Below the pieces are notes generated by a model. That model saw nothing but the letters and a program-made list of their open reading frames with translations, had not been told where the DNA came from and ran no database searches. Of a stretch of DNA of 64,000 bases, positions 13,123 through 26,577 are shown piece by piece (within the stretch, counting starts at the first letter, position 1; the number at the start of each line of letters is the position of its first letter). The stretch lies in NCBI RefSeq assembly GCF_009914755.1, contig NC_060927.1; one strand, 5' to 3'. This stretch comes from the human T2T-CHM13v2.0 reference genome, Homo sapiens. A program made the translations under genes and the position numbers.

Positions 13123-13469
13123 TGTCTTAGTTTGTTTTCTGCTGCTATAACAGAATACTACAGACAAAGTAATTTGTAATGAACAGAGTTTTATTTGGCT
13201 TCTGATTCTGAAGGTTGACAAGTCTCAGAGCATGGTGCTGGCATCTGGCAAGGGCCTTATCCCATGGCAGAAGGCAGAAGTGAGTACACAAGACAGAGGG
13301 AAGAAGGAGGCCAGACTCCCAAGATAATCAATTCCTTCCCAAGAGAAAAGCAGTAATATGTTTATGGGGGTCATGGCCTAATCACCTCTTAAATGTCCCA
13401 CCTCTTAATACCATCACAATGGTAGTAAATGTTAACATAAGTTTTAGAGGGAGTATTCAAACCATAGCA
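13123..13469 (-). mobile_element. MST (C/D-like) LTR
   Basis: tgtcttagtttgttttctgctgctataacagaatac...attcaaaccatagca. Confidence 0.85.
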
Positions 13470-13711
13470 ACTGGTATAGAGAGCAGATCCTCCCTGGGGA
13501 AATGGTTGCTATACCCTTCCATCTTGAAAGTTTGGCAAGTTGTTTTTGCATTCACATATTAGGTCTTCTTACCAGATCATGTGTTTTCATTTTGTTCTTA
13601 GAAAACAAAGCTTGATTACCACATAGCTTGATTACCATGGCAGTAATCAACCCCTTGAGAAGTTGCCCTGTTCTATGACCCGTGGCATAACTGCACTGGA
13701 GATATTCATAA

Positions 13712-14182
<471 letters not shown>

Positions 14183-14479
14183 TAAGTCTTAGTTACTTGG
14201 CAATACTCAACAAGTTTGGTTTGATTAATTCCTAAGACCTGTGAGATCAAGGGTGATGACAGTGTGAAAAGAGCACGTTAGTTGCTGTTTTGTGGTTATT
14301 AGTAACAAAATCTCACCTTTGTTCATACCGCTAAAGAGGAACAGAAGCAAAGTTCCAAATTATTTGTACTGGAGTTTTGCCTGTGTTATGTGATTTAGGG
14401 AAGAGAATGGGGAGGTGATGAAAAGTAGATATCCTTTACTTAATTATATTTTGCTTAGGCCGGAAATAAAATTGTGTTC

Positions 14480-14840
14480 CCTCTGTATACATCTCTTTTG
14501 CTCTTTCCTTGATCAGGGATTCCTTTGAGCTTTCTCCATTTGGAAATGTCCTACTCATCCTTTAAAATCCAACTCAAATAGCACATCTTCTATGTTAAAC
14601 ATGCCTGCTTGGGTCTCTTGGCATAGATTTTTATTTGATTTTGAATTTTACAACAACACACAGATAGTTCTGTAATTTAACTGTTTATATTTCTCTTCCC
14701 ACTAGACTATATGCTTTTTGAGAGCAAGCACTATCTCCTTGCCATTTTTGTATATCCCACGCTTGCTACCTTTTCACACTGCCTTGTGCATAGTATATGT
14801 TCAGTAAATATTTGTGGAATAAATGAATGAATAAATGAAA
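14480..14840 (+). mobile_element. L2 3' end
   Basis: cccactagactatatgc...catagtatatgttcagtaaatatttgtggaataaatgaatgaataaatgaa. Confidence 0.75.
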
Positions 14841-16729
14841 GAGTTATTTTACTGTCTGAGAATAGTAATGATTATAAAAGAACTGGGTGATTTTTTTTTT
14901 TCAAGTATTGCTTGCCAAATCTACATGCAAATAATGAAGAGCAGAGTGCACATTTCATTTACATTTGTATAATGACCACAATTAAAATAACAAACAAGAG
15001 GCTGTTTATATATCCAACTGGAGTTCCTGAGGCTACCACATCCATCATAAAACACTATGCAGAAATGCTCTAATGCTACATATGATAGGATTTACCCCAT
15101 TTTGCAGCCTCCAAGAGCAAACACCTCATAGGTCCGAAATGTCACCTGTGTATAAAGCCATCCAAGAGCAGATAGAGGATAACATAAGTGATGGGTATGG
15201 GAGTGCAATTCTTCAATCAGGTCAGTTGTCAGCATCATACCAATTTCTTATGCTTGATATATTTTCTATGGTATAAAAGGATAAGCAGTACCGCTGGACC
15301 AAGAGGAAAAAGAAATCAACAAAGAGAAGAAAAAGGTCTCCTTTTTAATTTTGAAATCACTGGATTTTTATGTTATCCTTTCAGTTACCCACTTTTGGGA
15401 TTTGAATAACACTTAAAAAATGTAACATAATCTGTGTCTTCTTTTTTCATTTCTCTTTCTCTGGTGCAGCTATAGTTTTCCATATATAGCACAATAATAC
15501 AAGTAAGTGCACACTGCCGTGGCCCCACTGTAGGCACTAACAATTAATAGCCAGAATAGAGCCCAGAGGCATTGAATCCAAGATACTTGCATTTGTTTCT
15601 TTGCATATGAGCTTTGATACCTTCACACTGCATTTCATGAACAGGAAATTTCTAGAAAAATCAAGATTTTTGTTTGTGATAGCAGTCCTTATCAATTTGA
15701 TAGAAGTTCCTTTAATACATGCAGGAAAACAGATTGAGCTGAAAAAATTCCCTACTAAGGAATAAAGAGCATTCTATTGTAGTAGGGTGTTGTAGGAAAG
15801 GGAAGGGTAGAAATTTCCCCTGGGTTACTGGTACATAAAGTACGTATGGCCAGAAAGCATTAGAAGAATGTCATTTAAAAACCATTCAGGAAGAGCCTCG
15901 CTTTGTGTCGTTTCTTATGATTATAAACCGTGAACATGGAACAAGATATCAGCATTTAAAACCTCAGCTTGTTTATGAAAAACACTCAGCAGCAGGCTTT
16001 TTGGCTTTAACCTTTTTAATATTCTGGATGCTAATTGTCCAGACCATCTCACCCTTCCAGGTTAATGAGGTGGCTAACAGGCCACAAAAGAAAATGACTG
16101 CCCAATCAAATTATGATAAACAAGCAAAACCAGAAAACAAAAAGCAAAACAAATGGAAAGGTTGCAAGTTACACAGGCTTTTATTGTCTTCAAGGAATGT
16201 ACAGCAACATTACCATTCTGTTGTCTCCTTGTGATGGATTGCAAAAAGAATCAGAAAAGGCACAACATGAATCTGCTCTCAGGACAATGATCGTAATCAA
16301 AATAGGAAATGGTACAAATGTAAGCCATTCTCCTTGCAGTTTAAAGATTATAAATCCCTTATTCATCTGTTATGATCCAGGGCCTACTTGTGATTTTTAT
16401 GGTTCTTTACACGCTTGGAATTTTAAAACTATAATGTGAAGGGGCTACAGCTGTTCTCTTTCTGATCTTGATGTTTAATCCCCGCTTGTAGCATTGCACC
16501 CTGGTCTCTTCCTCTGTCCATCTGCAGCCTGAGCCTGCTGCCAATGCCTTTCACGTGAGAAATTCAGCCCATCCTGGTCCCTTCCACTCCAAATATTAAA
16601 ACACAGCCTCTACTTCTCTAAGAGGTTCTGGAAAAGTTTAGGAGCACTTGTTAAGGGTTTTGCTCTTTCTGGGAAACTTGAGCTATTCTCATGATCATTA
16701 TGTAACTTATAATGGAAATGGGACCTACA

Positions 16730-16940
16730 GCAGGTTTGGACCCAGAAGACTTGGATTTTTATCTTCAATGTGCCTCTTTCTGGGAGTATGACCTTCTTTC
16801 TCTGAGCTTTTGTTTTTTCATTAGGAAAATAACTGCCCTGCCTACTGCGCAGGGCTGTGTCGAAGATCAAAGGAGCTAATGCATGTGAAGTGCTTTGGGA
16901 ACTGGGGCCAGCTTTTCAAATGTAAGATGTTGTCAGTATT
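16730..16940 (+). mobile_element. MIR
   Basis: ccctgcctactgcgcagggctgtgtcgaagatcaaaggagctaatgcatgtgaagtgctttg. Confidence 0.65.
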
Positions 16941-17411
16941 GCTATCTGGCAGTGAGGTGAAAAAGGCAAGTGGGACATAGTAGTAACAGTGATTTGTAGC
17001 CTTGTAGATTTCTTAAGTACATTGAGTGCTTTGAGCTAGAGCTAGATGTTTCCTGTTTGTAAAAGACTCTTAACAGTGACTCTTAACCTCGTGGTCCCTT
17101 GGGAGGCCTAGTTTTTCATGTAGTAAACTTGGGAGCCGTTGGGTGTAAGAGAAATTATTTTCTTACCTGCTTCTGGGGGAACAACACAGGCGATGCATGC
17201 TCTAAGGTACTCGGCTTATACCCTGGAAGATTCTTGTTTGTTGGGTCATGTGTTCTCACATATATTTTTCATTTTTTCTTTTCATATTGAAAATCTTCAG
17301 TAATTATCAAGATAAATATTTATGTTCCAACATATTTACAGTGAATGAAGCTTAATGCTTATTGCAATCCTTTCTATTGATCATCATAGTCATGTTTTGA
17401 AAATGACATCA

Positions 17412-17825
<414 letters not shown>

Positions 17826-19123
17826 CTACTTTTTGCCTAAGAAGACTCTTTCTCATGGCATCTACCTTGTTGGCAAGTTCTTCCTGTTTTCAGCTGTGCT
17901 GGGATGGCAGAATCCCTGTTTCCTCGTCACACACTGCTCCTTCACTTGTGGCTGTGCCTTCCTGCATAACCCATGGGACCTTCTATTCGTGAACAATTTC
18001 TCGTTTCCTATGGTCAAAGCTGATGCAGAGCCTAACGCTTTTAACTATTGGCATCTTTGAGTTGGATGCCTGACACTTCCAAATTTGGGTAGCACAATTT
18101 ATTCTGTGGCTATTTTGGTTTTGCATTTTCTAATTTCATTCATGTCTAATTTCTTTCATTTCTAATTTCTATGGAGGGAAAAGCAGTATTAAGCCTACCT
18201 TTTACCAGGTGGTGTCATGATTTTAAAGAATCTCCACACATTAAAATTCCATTTTTGTGTAATATCATTTTAATAGAAATGCTCATTTTATGGAAGGAAA
18301 ATGACTGATAAAATGTGAATGATTCTTAGGAGCCTCTTATACCCTTTTTATTGAATTTTGGTGTGGCTTAATTCATTAATAAAGGTGGAAGAGTTGGAAC
18401 TGTGGCATGTTTTATCTCCTCTCATTATTCAACAAAAGAGAATTTTTTTCAATAAATATTTAGAGAAAATTTCCAATTTTTCTTTTCTCAATAGTACATT
18501 TTTTAAGAAATAGAATGACTGCAGACTCAATTCAAAATTGGTATTTTAAAGCCACTCTTTCAATTCATTTATTCTCTTAACAGTTCCAAGGAAGTAAGAT
18601 ATAATATTATTATTTCTATTTTGCAGATGGGGTGAGTGATATTCAGAAAAACAATGTGGGTTGTCCTGGAACACAGTGCGGCAACAGCATTTCTAGGAAC
18701 TAGGCTAAAAACCAGTTGTTTTAGATTTTAAACCCAATTGCTAAACACTCTTTCCTTCTCTTTCATCTTCCCCTTCTTTCCTATAAATATTCATGGAGAA
18801 TTCACTCTATTTTAGAAACTGGAGGAGCTTTGGGGACAAAAAGAAAAAAAATCCTTGCTCTCTAAAAGTACACACTGTAATGGAGAAAAATAATGTGTAC
18901 ACAATTCATTCTTATATGATATGACATGACCAGAGTTATGCTGGTGGTATGAAGAAAGTGTTACACGAAGATCAAGTAAAGTATGATTAAGTCTGCCTGG
19001 ATGTTGGGGAAGGGAAGTGACTGGGTGAAGGTTTTAAAGAATGAGGACATTTTGAGTTGAGAATTTGAAGACTGAGCGGGGAAGAAAGGAAAGGGTATAG
19101 GGAAGATCATCAGGGTGTAGTAC

Positions 19124-21403
19124 TAATATGGTTTGGTTGTGTCCCCATCCAAATCTCATCTTGAATTCCCATGTGTTGTGGGAGAGACCTGGTGGAAGGT
19201 AGTTGAATCATGGGGGCAGGTCTTTCCCATGCTGTTCTTGTGATAGTGAATGGGTCTCAGGAGATCTGATGGTTTTAAAAATGGGAATTTCTTTGCACAA
19301 GCCCTGTCTTTTGCCTGCTGCCATCCATGTAAGATGTGACTTGCTCCTCCTTGCCTTCTGCCACGATTATGAGGCCTCCCTAGCCATGTAGAACTGTAAG
19401 CCCAATAAATCTCTTTCTTTTGTAAATTGCCCCGTCTTGGGTATGTCTTTACCAGCAGTGAGAAAATGGACTAATATAGTAAATTGGTACCAGTAGAGTG
19501 GGGTGCTGCTAAAAAGATATCTGAAAATGTGGAAGCAACTTTGGAAATTGGTAACAGGCAGAGGTTGGAACAGTTTAGAGGGCTCAGAAGAAGATGGGAA
19601 AATGTGGAAAAGTTTGGAACTTCCTAGAGACTTGTTGAATGGCTTTGACAAAAAATGCTGATAGTGATATGAACAATAAAGTCCAGACTCAGGTGGTCTC
19701 AGATGGACATGAGGAACTTGTTGGGAACTGGAGCAAAGGTGAGTCTTGTTATGTTTTAGCAAAGAGACTGGTGGCGTTTTGCCCTTGCCTTAGAGATTTG
19801 TGCAACTTTGAACTTGAGAGAGATGATTTAGGGCATCTGGTGGAAGAGATTTCTAAGCAGCAAAGCATTCAAGAGGTGACTTGGGTGCTGTTAAAGGCAT
19901 TCGGTTTCAAAAGGGAAACAGAGCATAAAAGTTTGGAAAATTAGCAGCCTGACAAGGCAATAGAAGAGAAAAATCTCATTTTCTGAGGAGAAATTCAAGC
20001 CAGCTGCAGAAATTTGCATAAGTAACAGGGAGCCAAATGTTAATCCCCAAGACAGGGAAAATGTCTCCAGGATATGTCAGAGGTCTTCACAACAGCCCCT
20101 CCCATCACAGGCCCAGAGGCCTAGCAAGAAAAAATGGTTTCATGGGCTGAGCCCAGGGTCCCCGTGCTATGTGCAGTCTAGGGACTTGGTGCCCTGCATC
20201 CCAGCTGCTCCAGACATGACTAAAAGGGGCCAAGGTACAGCTTGGGCCATGGCTTCAGAGGGTGCAAGCCCCAAGCCTTGGCAGCTTCCATATGGTGTTG
20301 AGCCTGCAGGTGCACAAGAGTCAATAATTAAGGTTTGGGAACCTCCTCCTAGATTTCAGAGGATGTATGGAAATGCCTGGATGTCCAGACAGATTTGATG
20401 CAGGGGCAAGGCTCTAATGAAGAACCTCTGCTAAGACAGTTGGGAAGGGAAATGTGGGGTTGGAGTCCCCACACACAGTCCCTACTGAGGCACTGCCTAG
20501 TGGAGCTGTGAGAAGGCCACCATCCTCCAGACCCCAGAATGGTAGATCCATCGACGGCTTGCACCGTGTGCCTGGAAAAGCCACAGACACTCAACACCAG
20601 TCTGTGAAAGCAGCTGGGAAGGAGGCTGTACCCCGCAAAGCCACCATGATGGAGCTGCCCAAGACAATGGGAACCCACCTCTTGCATCAGTGTTACCTGG
20701 ATGTGAGACATGGAGTCAAAGGAGATCATTTTGGAGCTTTAAGATTTCACTGTATTTCTGGATTTTGGATTTGCATGGGGCCTGTAGCCCCTTTGTTTTG
20801 GCCAATTTCTCCCATTTGGAATGGCTGTACCCAATACCTGTACCTCCATTGTATCTAGGAAGTAACTAACTTGCTTTTGATTTTACAGGCTTATAGGTGG
20901 AAGGGACTTGCCTTGTCTCAGTGAGATGACTTTGGACTGTGGACTTCTGAGTTAATGTTGAAATGAGTTAAGACTTTGGGGGACTGTTGGGAAGGGATGA
21001 TTGCTTTTGAAATGTGAAGACCTGAGATTTGGGAGGGGTCAGGGGTGGAATGATATGGCTTGGATGTGTCTCCATCCAAATCTCATCTTGAATTCTCATG
21101 TGTTGTGGGAGGGACCTGGTGGGAGGTTATTGAATCATGGGACCAGGTCTTTCTTGTGCTGTTCTTGTGTTAGTGAATGGGTCTCATGAGATCTGATGGT
21201 TTAAAAATGGGAGTTTCTCTGCACAAGCCCTCTCTTTGCCTGCTGCCATCCATGTAAGATGTGACTTGCTCCTCCATGCCTTCTGCCATGATTGTGAGGC
21301 CTCCCCAGCCATGTGGTACTGTAAGCCCAATAGATCTCTTTCTTTTGTAAATTGCCCAGTTTCAGGTATGTCTTTACCAGCAGTGAGAAAGCGGACTAAT
21401 ACA
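19124..21403 (+). mobile_element. Full-length THE1 (A/B-type) MaLR element: 5' LTR 19124-19478, internal 19479-21050, 3' LTR 21051-21403
   Basis: Two homologous LTRs of about 355 bp flank a THE1-int; polypurine tract precedes the 3' LTR; TSD agtac/ggtac; internal ORF is broken by stops. Confidence 0.97.
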
Positions 21404-21667
21404 GGTACCCGTCGTCCTGAAATATGGGGTGCTCCAGGGTGGGGTTACCCAAAAGATAGGGCAGCAAGTTAGGTAGAGCTGGGTCTTGAAATCTCAGTGC
21501 CTTTAAAGTGTCTGGAATCTCTTGTGGAAATAGGGAGCTGCTGCTGGTGTGAAAGTGTATGACATTCATACACCCATGCAGATTCAGATCGTGAGATTCA
21601 TAAAGATTGTTCTGATCACGGTGTGGAGGAGGGATTGGAGTGAGGAGAAATCAGGGAGAATAATACC

Positions 21668-22028
21668 TGTTATGGGGTGCATCATTGTGACTCCCCAAAT
21701 TCATGTGTTGAAAGCCTAAGCTTCAATGGGATGATATTAGGAGATGGAGCTTTTGGGAGGTAATTAGGTCATAAGGGTAGAGAGTTAATGATGGGATTAT
21801 TGTCTGCATAAAGAGATACACAGTAAGCTTGCTTCCCTTTTCTACTCTCTATCAGGTGAGGATACAGCAGGAAAGCACCCATCTGTAAGCCAGGAAGAGG
21901 GCCTCACCAGACATCAGATCTGCTAGCACCTTGATCTTGAACTTCCTAGACTCCATAACTAGGAGTAATAAATGTTGTTTACGCCACCCAGTTTATGATA
22001 ATTTGTTATAGCAGCAAACTGATTGAGG
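21668..22028 (+). mobile_element. MLT1A0 LTR
   Basis: tgttatggggtg...cccaaattcatgtgttgaaa...atttgttatagcagcaaactgattgag. Confidence 0.85.
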
Positions 22029-23510
22029 CAGGGCCCACCTGCAATGACAACTTGTAGGAGATGTGAAAAAGTCTGAACTAAGGCAGTGACAGTGGGAATG
22101 AAGCAGGCAGGGTGGAAAAATTTGACATTTTGAGCTAGAATAGAAAAAAAAGCCTGCCTTGTTGTAAAGTATAAGGGAGAAGACATACTTCTATCTTAAA
22201 AAGATCTAGAGTTCTGGTAGAGCACATATATTTTTAGTTTTAAATTGTTATTATTTGGACCACAGCTCATTAAATACCTCAAATAACTGGCTTTTCTGTG
22301 TTAAACATTTATGAGAAAGGCAAATGGCAATAAAATAGCTTGAAAGCAATTTTATTTTCAAGGAAGCCATTTCTACTTCCTGTTTTGGGACCACTTCATA
22401 TTAGTTCAATTTCATACATCTTTGGTGTCATATTCCTGTCCCTCTGTCCTCTGAGCATTCATTTTCTGGTTGTCCTGCATTCACACACCCACGCAGAGCT
22501 AGCAGCTCCTTCCTCCCTGCCACATAGAGGTACTCAGGCAGCACTATCAGAGATATTTCAGGACAGTCCTTTGCAGGCCTGCCCCTTCTGCTATAGTGTT
22601 AACTCCTTTAGGCCAGGGACTGTTTTTTACTCTACTTTCTATCTCAGAGGGAGGACACTAATATTTAGACTCTCCATTATGTGTCACACACTATTTATAC
22701 CATTAAAATATATGGGGGCTCTCAATACACATATGAGGACTATTATCATCATTTCATGGATTTGGTAACTGAGATATGGATTACACAATGAGAAAGCCAA
22801 TGCTTTCTGTATTACCTCACATTACTGTCCTAATGTCCATTCTGTGTCCTGGCATATATTTGGATGCTCTCATTTAATTAGCATTATATGGAGGTCAATT
22901 TTCTTATCAATAGATAGCTCTTTCTCTGCTAGTGGAAAGGAATTCTCTGTCCCTGGAGTATATAAATAGTATTGTGTTTCTACTTTGTTCTTGGTTAAAT
23001 GCATTGTGTGTGCTAGTTCAGGAACTTCGCTTTGCTACCACTTATGTTTTTATGGGATAATGTGACTCAAGGGACTAACACTGGTTACAGATGTTCCCAG
23101 TATATCCTTGGCTTCTCCTGTGTTAAGTAACCATGTGTTACATTAACGATAAGATCACAAATCTCAATGCTCTTTGAGTATCTACCTTCCTACTAGTAGA
23201 AAATTTTGGGCTTTTCCTAGGATTATTCTGCTCAAGTATTCCCAGGAGGCACTGTTGTGCAAGGTGGGTCCTTTAGCGATCACCATCTGTCTTAAGCCAA
23301 GGCAAATCCTATAGTTCTGCTTTATAAAGAAAGGCTTTATTAGGGAAACAATGCAAGGTTCAGTCAGATGTAATATTTGTCATGTCCACAGCAAGATGTG
23401 CTGGCTGTAGGGCATTGTGTTGGACACACTGTGGGTGCACATTCTGGGAGCAGAACCTTCTTCCTTGTTGATCTCTCATCTTAAGGAAAAGTATTAAAGG
23501 GGATAGATAC

Positions 23511-23895
23511 TGATGTGGTCTGGCTCTGTGTCCCCACCCAAATCTCATCTTGAATTGTAACCTGAATTGTAATCCTCATGTGTTGGGGGCGGGACCTGGT
23601 GGGAGGTAATTGAATCATGGGGACAGTACCCTCATGCTATTCTCATGATAGTGAATGAGTTCTCATGAGATCTGATGGTTTTATAAGGGGCTTGCCCACC
23701 TTTGCTCTGCACTTTTCTCTCCTGCCTCCATGTGAAGAAGGACATGATTGCTTCCCCTTCACCTCCCACCATGATTGTAAGTTTCCTGAGGCCTCCCCAG
23801 CCATGTGGAACTCTGAATAAATTAAACCTCCTTCCTTTATAAATTACCTGGTCTTGGGCTGTTCTTTATTAGCAGTGAAAGAACAGACTAATACA
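23511..23895 (+). mobile_element. THE1C/THE1D solo LTR
   Basis: tgatgtggtctggctctgtgtcccc...gactaataca; perfect 5-bp TSD gatac. Confidence 0.95.
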
Positions 23896-24075
23896 GATAC
23901 TAACAGACTATAGGACTTTCATGGCCGGTTGTCTGGAAAAGCCAATTGCCCTGCTCCTGGGGACCTTGGGTTCACAGAAACTTACAGTCAGGGACTGAAG
24001 GCTGAGATCCAGTTCAGCTCATCCTGCCAGAAGAAGGGAAGAGCTCTCAATTCCATCTGACTTATTGTCCAGGCC

Positions 24076-24582
24076 AGTGCTGTTCAACAGAAATATCATT
24101 TGAGCCACCTACGTAATTTTGAATATTTTAGTAACTACATTAAAAAATTAACAAAAAATGGGTAACATTAATTTTAATAATATATTTTCTTTGAATCACT
24201 ATATCCAAAAATTGTTGTTTTATGTAATCAATATAAAAATTGTTATTGAGGTGTTTTACATCCTTGATACCAAGTCTTTGAAATTAAGTGTGTATTTTAC
24301 ACTTACAGCACATCTCAATTTGAATGCTAAATTTTCATCCAGAATACTTGATCTGTATTTAGATTTCATAAAATGTATAGTTAAAAAGTCAATATTCATA
24401 CCCAAGTTGTTCCAAATATACTTCAACATTTTCCAATAACTGAATTGAGTATCAGTTTTTAAATTTAAATTTAACTTTAACAAGTTAAATTTAAAATTAA
24501 AAATTCAGTTCTTTGTTTGCACTAGCCAATTTCAGGGCCTCAGTTGTCCCACATGAGTAGTGCCTACCTAATTGGATGGAGT
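24076..24582 (+). mobile_element. Charlie1b-like hAT DNA transposon
   Basis: cagtgctgttcaacagaaatat start shared with MER33, plus an extra internal segment; ends gtgcctacctaattgga. Confidence 0.75.
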
Positions 24583-24679
24583 AAGTTCCCATGGTCATTT
24601 TTGGGCAATCTTAGGCATGTATATTTCTAATTTTACTTAGGACCCACAAGGTTCTAAAAACAGTGATATAAAAATAAAA

Positions 24680-24900
24680 CACAGAAAAGCAGTATATCAA
24701 GTCCCTATTCTGGAGTAAAACTGCCTGGTTCAAATTCAAGCTTTGCTACTTTCTAGCTGTAAGAAAGTCACTTCACCCCTTGGGCTTGACGTTACTATTA
24801 GGTAAAAAGAAGATAACATTTCTTGTCTCAGCATTGTGATAAGGACAAAGCTGAACAATGTTTGGTTTATAGTGAGTTGTCAATACAGGTAAGGTATTAT
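24680..24900 (+). mobile_element. MIR
   Basis: ttctggagtaaaactgcctggttcaaattcaagctttgctactttctagctgt. Confidence 0.65.
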
Positions 24901-26577
24901 TGCTTCAGTGTTTAAAAATTATTTCATGATTCATTATGTCATTTATTCCTTACTAAAACCTTATTAGGTAGGAAAAGAATTATCCCTTTTTACACAGAGC
25001 TAGGATTTGAACACAGGTCTTCAAAATCTAAGCCCATTTTGCTTTTCATATGATGATTACTATCATCATCAGCTAACTTGGGTGGCACCTGTGAGAGGTA
25101 TCTTTCTATTTAACAGCTGTACTATACCAGCTTTCCCTTCTGGCTTTATGGAAGCAGACCTGAGACAACTATTTATATCTGTCAACCTGTTGTATGAGTT
25201 TTAGAGAAAGGGCTGACTTCCTGTTAACATCAGGGATTTGGTCTTCTCATTTCTCACTAAATATTTGCCTTGCTACTTTTTCAAACATTTATTTTAAAAG
25301 GAAGCTAAAGTCTTGATTATTAATGCATATTAATTCTGCACATTGCCTTGGATTGGTGGATCACAATAAAAGCACATATTCAATATACAATTTTCAAGTT
25401 CCCATACTATTTATTATATCACATGCATGGAGAATAATTTTGAGCTTTGATTATCTCCTGTGGTGTGAGTGTCTCTGGCTTTTTTTCATTAAGATACAAA
25501 CAGAGTATGCTCGCATTAAAACTTTTGGGATGCTCTTTGGGTCTATTTTCTGACTTACCTTTCCTTTGATGGTTTGTCATAAATAGCTGCCTGCCTCCAG
25601 GTGTCATTACACTCCATCTTGACAATCTGCTGCTTGTCAAGATTGTATAATAGTCCTTTGTATCCATGTCCATGAGCCCAGGAAACTGCTGAGTGGATCA
25701 GGCCACTTGTGAAATATCTGATTGAACTTAGACTCCATCATATCATCTCAATGAATCAAGCCACTGTAAATCACAGCTTTGCTCTGCCAGTGGTCTCTCA
25801 ACCTTCAATACATTTTGATTTAAGAGACGTTGGTCTGTGATCATCTCATATTTCATGAGATGATATACTGTGAGTACAGGGAAAGAACTAAACAAAATAA
25901 TCGGAGGAGAAAGTTATAGGGAACACAAGTGAGACAGACAAGGGACAACCCACATATTACCATATTTGTTATTTGTAAACACAGATAAAACACCATAATT
26001 GGTTCTTCGGTAATAGTTACCTAGTGACCTTCTGGACTTCCTGCACCAGGGATGCTTGGTGGGGGCAGTCATAAAAATTTTTATACCTTAAAGAATTCTT
26101 TAAGTGAAATGCTTCCTTTGGCTTCTGTCTGTGCAATCACCATTATTTATGATGCCAGTATCAGAATATATATATATATATATCTCAGAATATATATGCA
26201 TATATATGTATACTCTGAAAAAATAATACTTTTTTCTTATAAAGAAAAAATACATATTTTTTATATAAACTAGGAAGAAAAGCTGATCTGAATTAGTTCT
26301 TTCTCTGCAAAGTGATAATAAATAATAATAATTTTTAAAGACTTTTTTTATTATCAAGGAACATATTCCATAACATTAAGGAAAAGATAACAAAATTACT
26401 CTTAACTACTCCTACTAAAGATAGCCATTCTTAATATCTTATTTCTTTCCAGTGTTTTATAGGTATATATTTAATAACAAATATATATTTAATTCAAATT
26501 ATAATGTAGTTATAATTATGTGGCATATATTAGTAGTTTTATATCTTACTTTTTTCTTTTAACATTATAAATTTTTG

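Larger units (their letters stand above)
18780..22100 (-). mobile_element. L2 fragments interrupted by THE1 and MLT1A0
   Basis: L2-like stretches at about 18780-19120, 21410-21660 and 22040-22100. Confidence 0.55.

Noticed and set aside
17167-17222. Minus-strand exon-like unit with CAG|gtaaga donor, open in one frame
   Set aside because: Poor polypyrimidine tract, 12 kb beyond the SPATA16 poly(A) site, unrecognised peptide.
19639-20858. ORFs in the THE1 internal region
   Set aside because: Fragments of the decayed MaLR gag-like ORF, interrupted by stops and frameshifts.
26161-26220. 18-bp palindrome atatatatgcatatatat within a TA tract
   Set aside because: Expected by-product of a (TA)n microsatellite.
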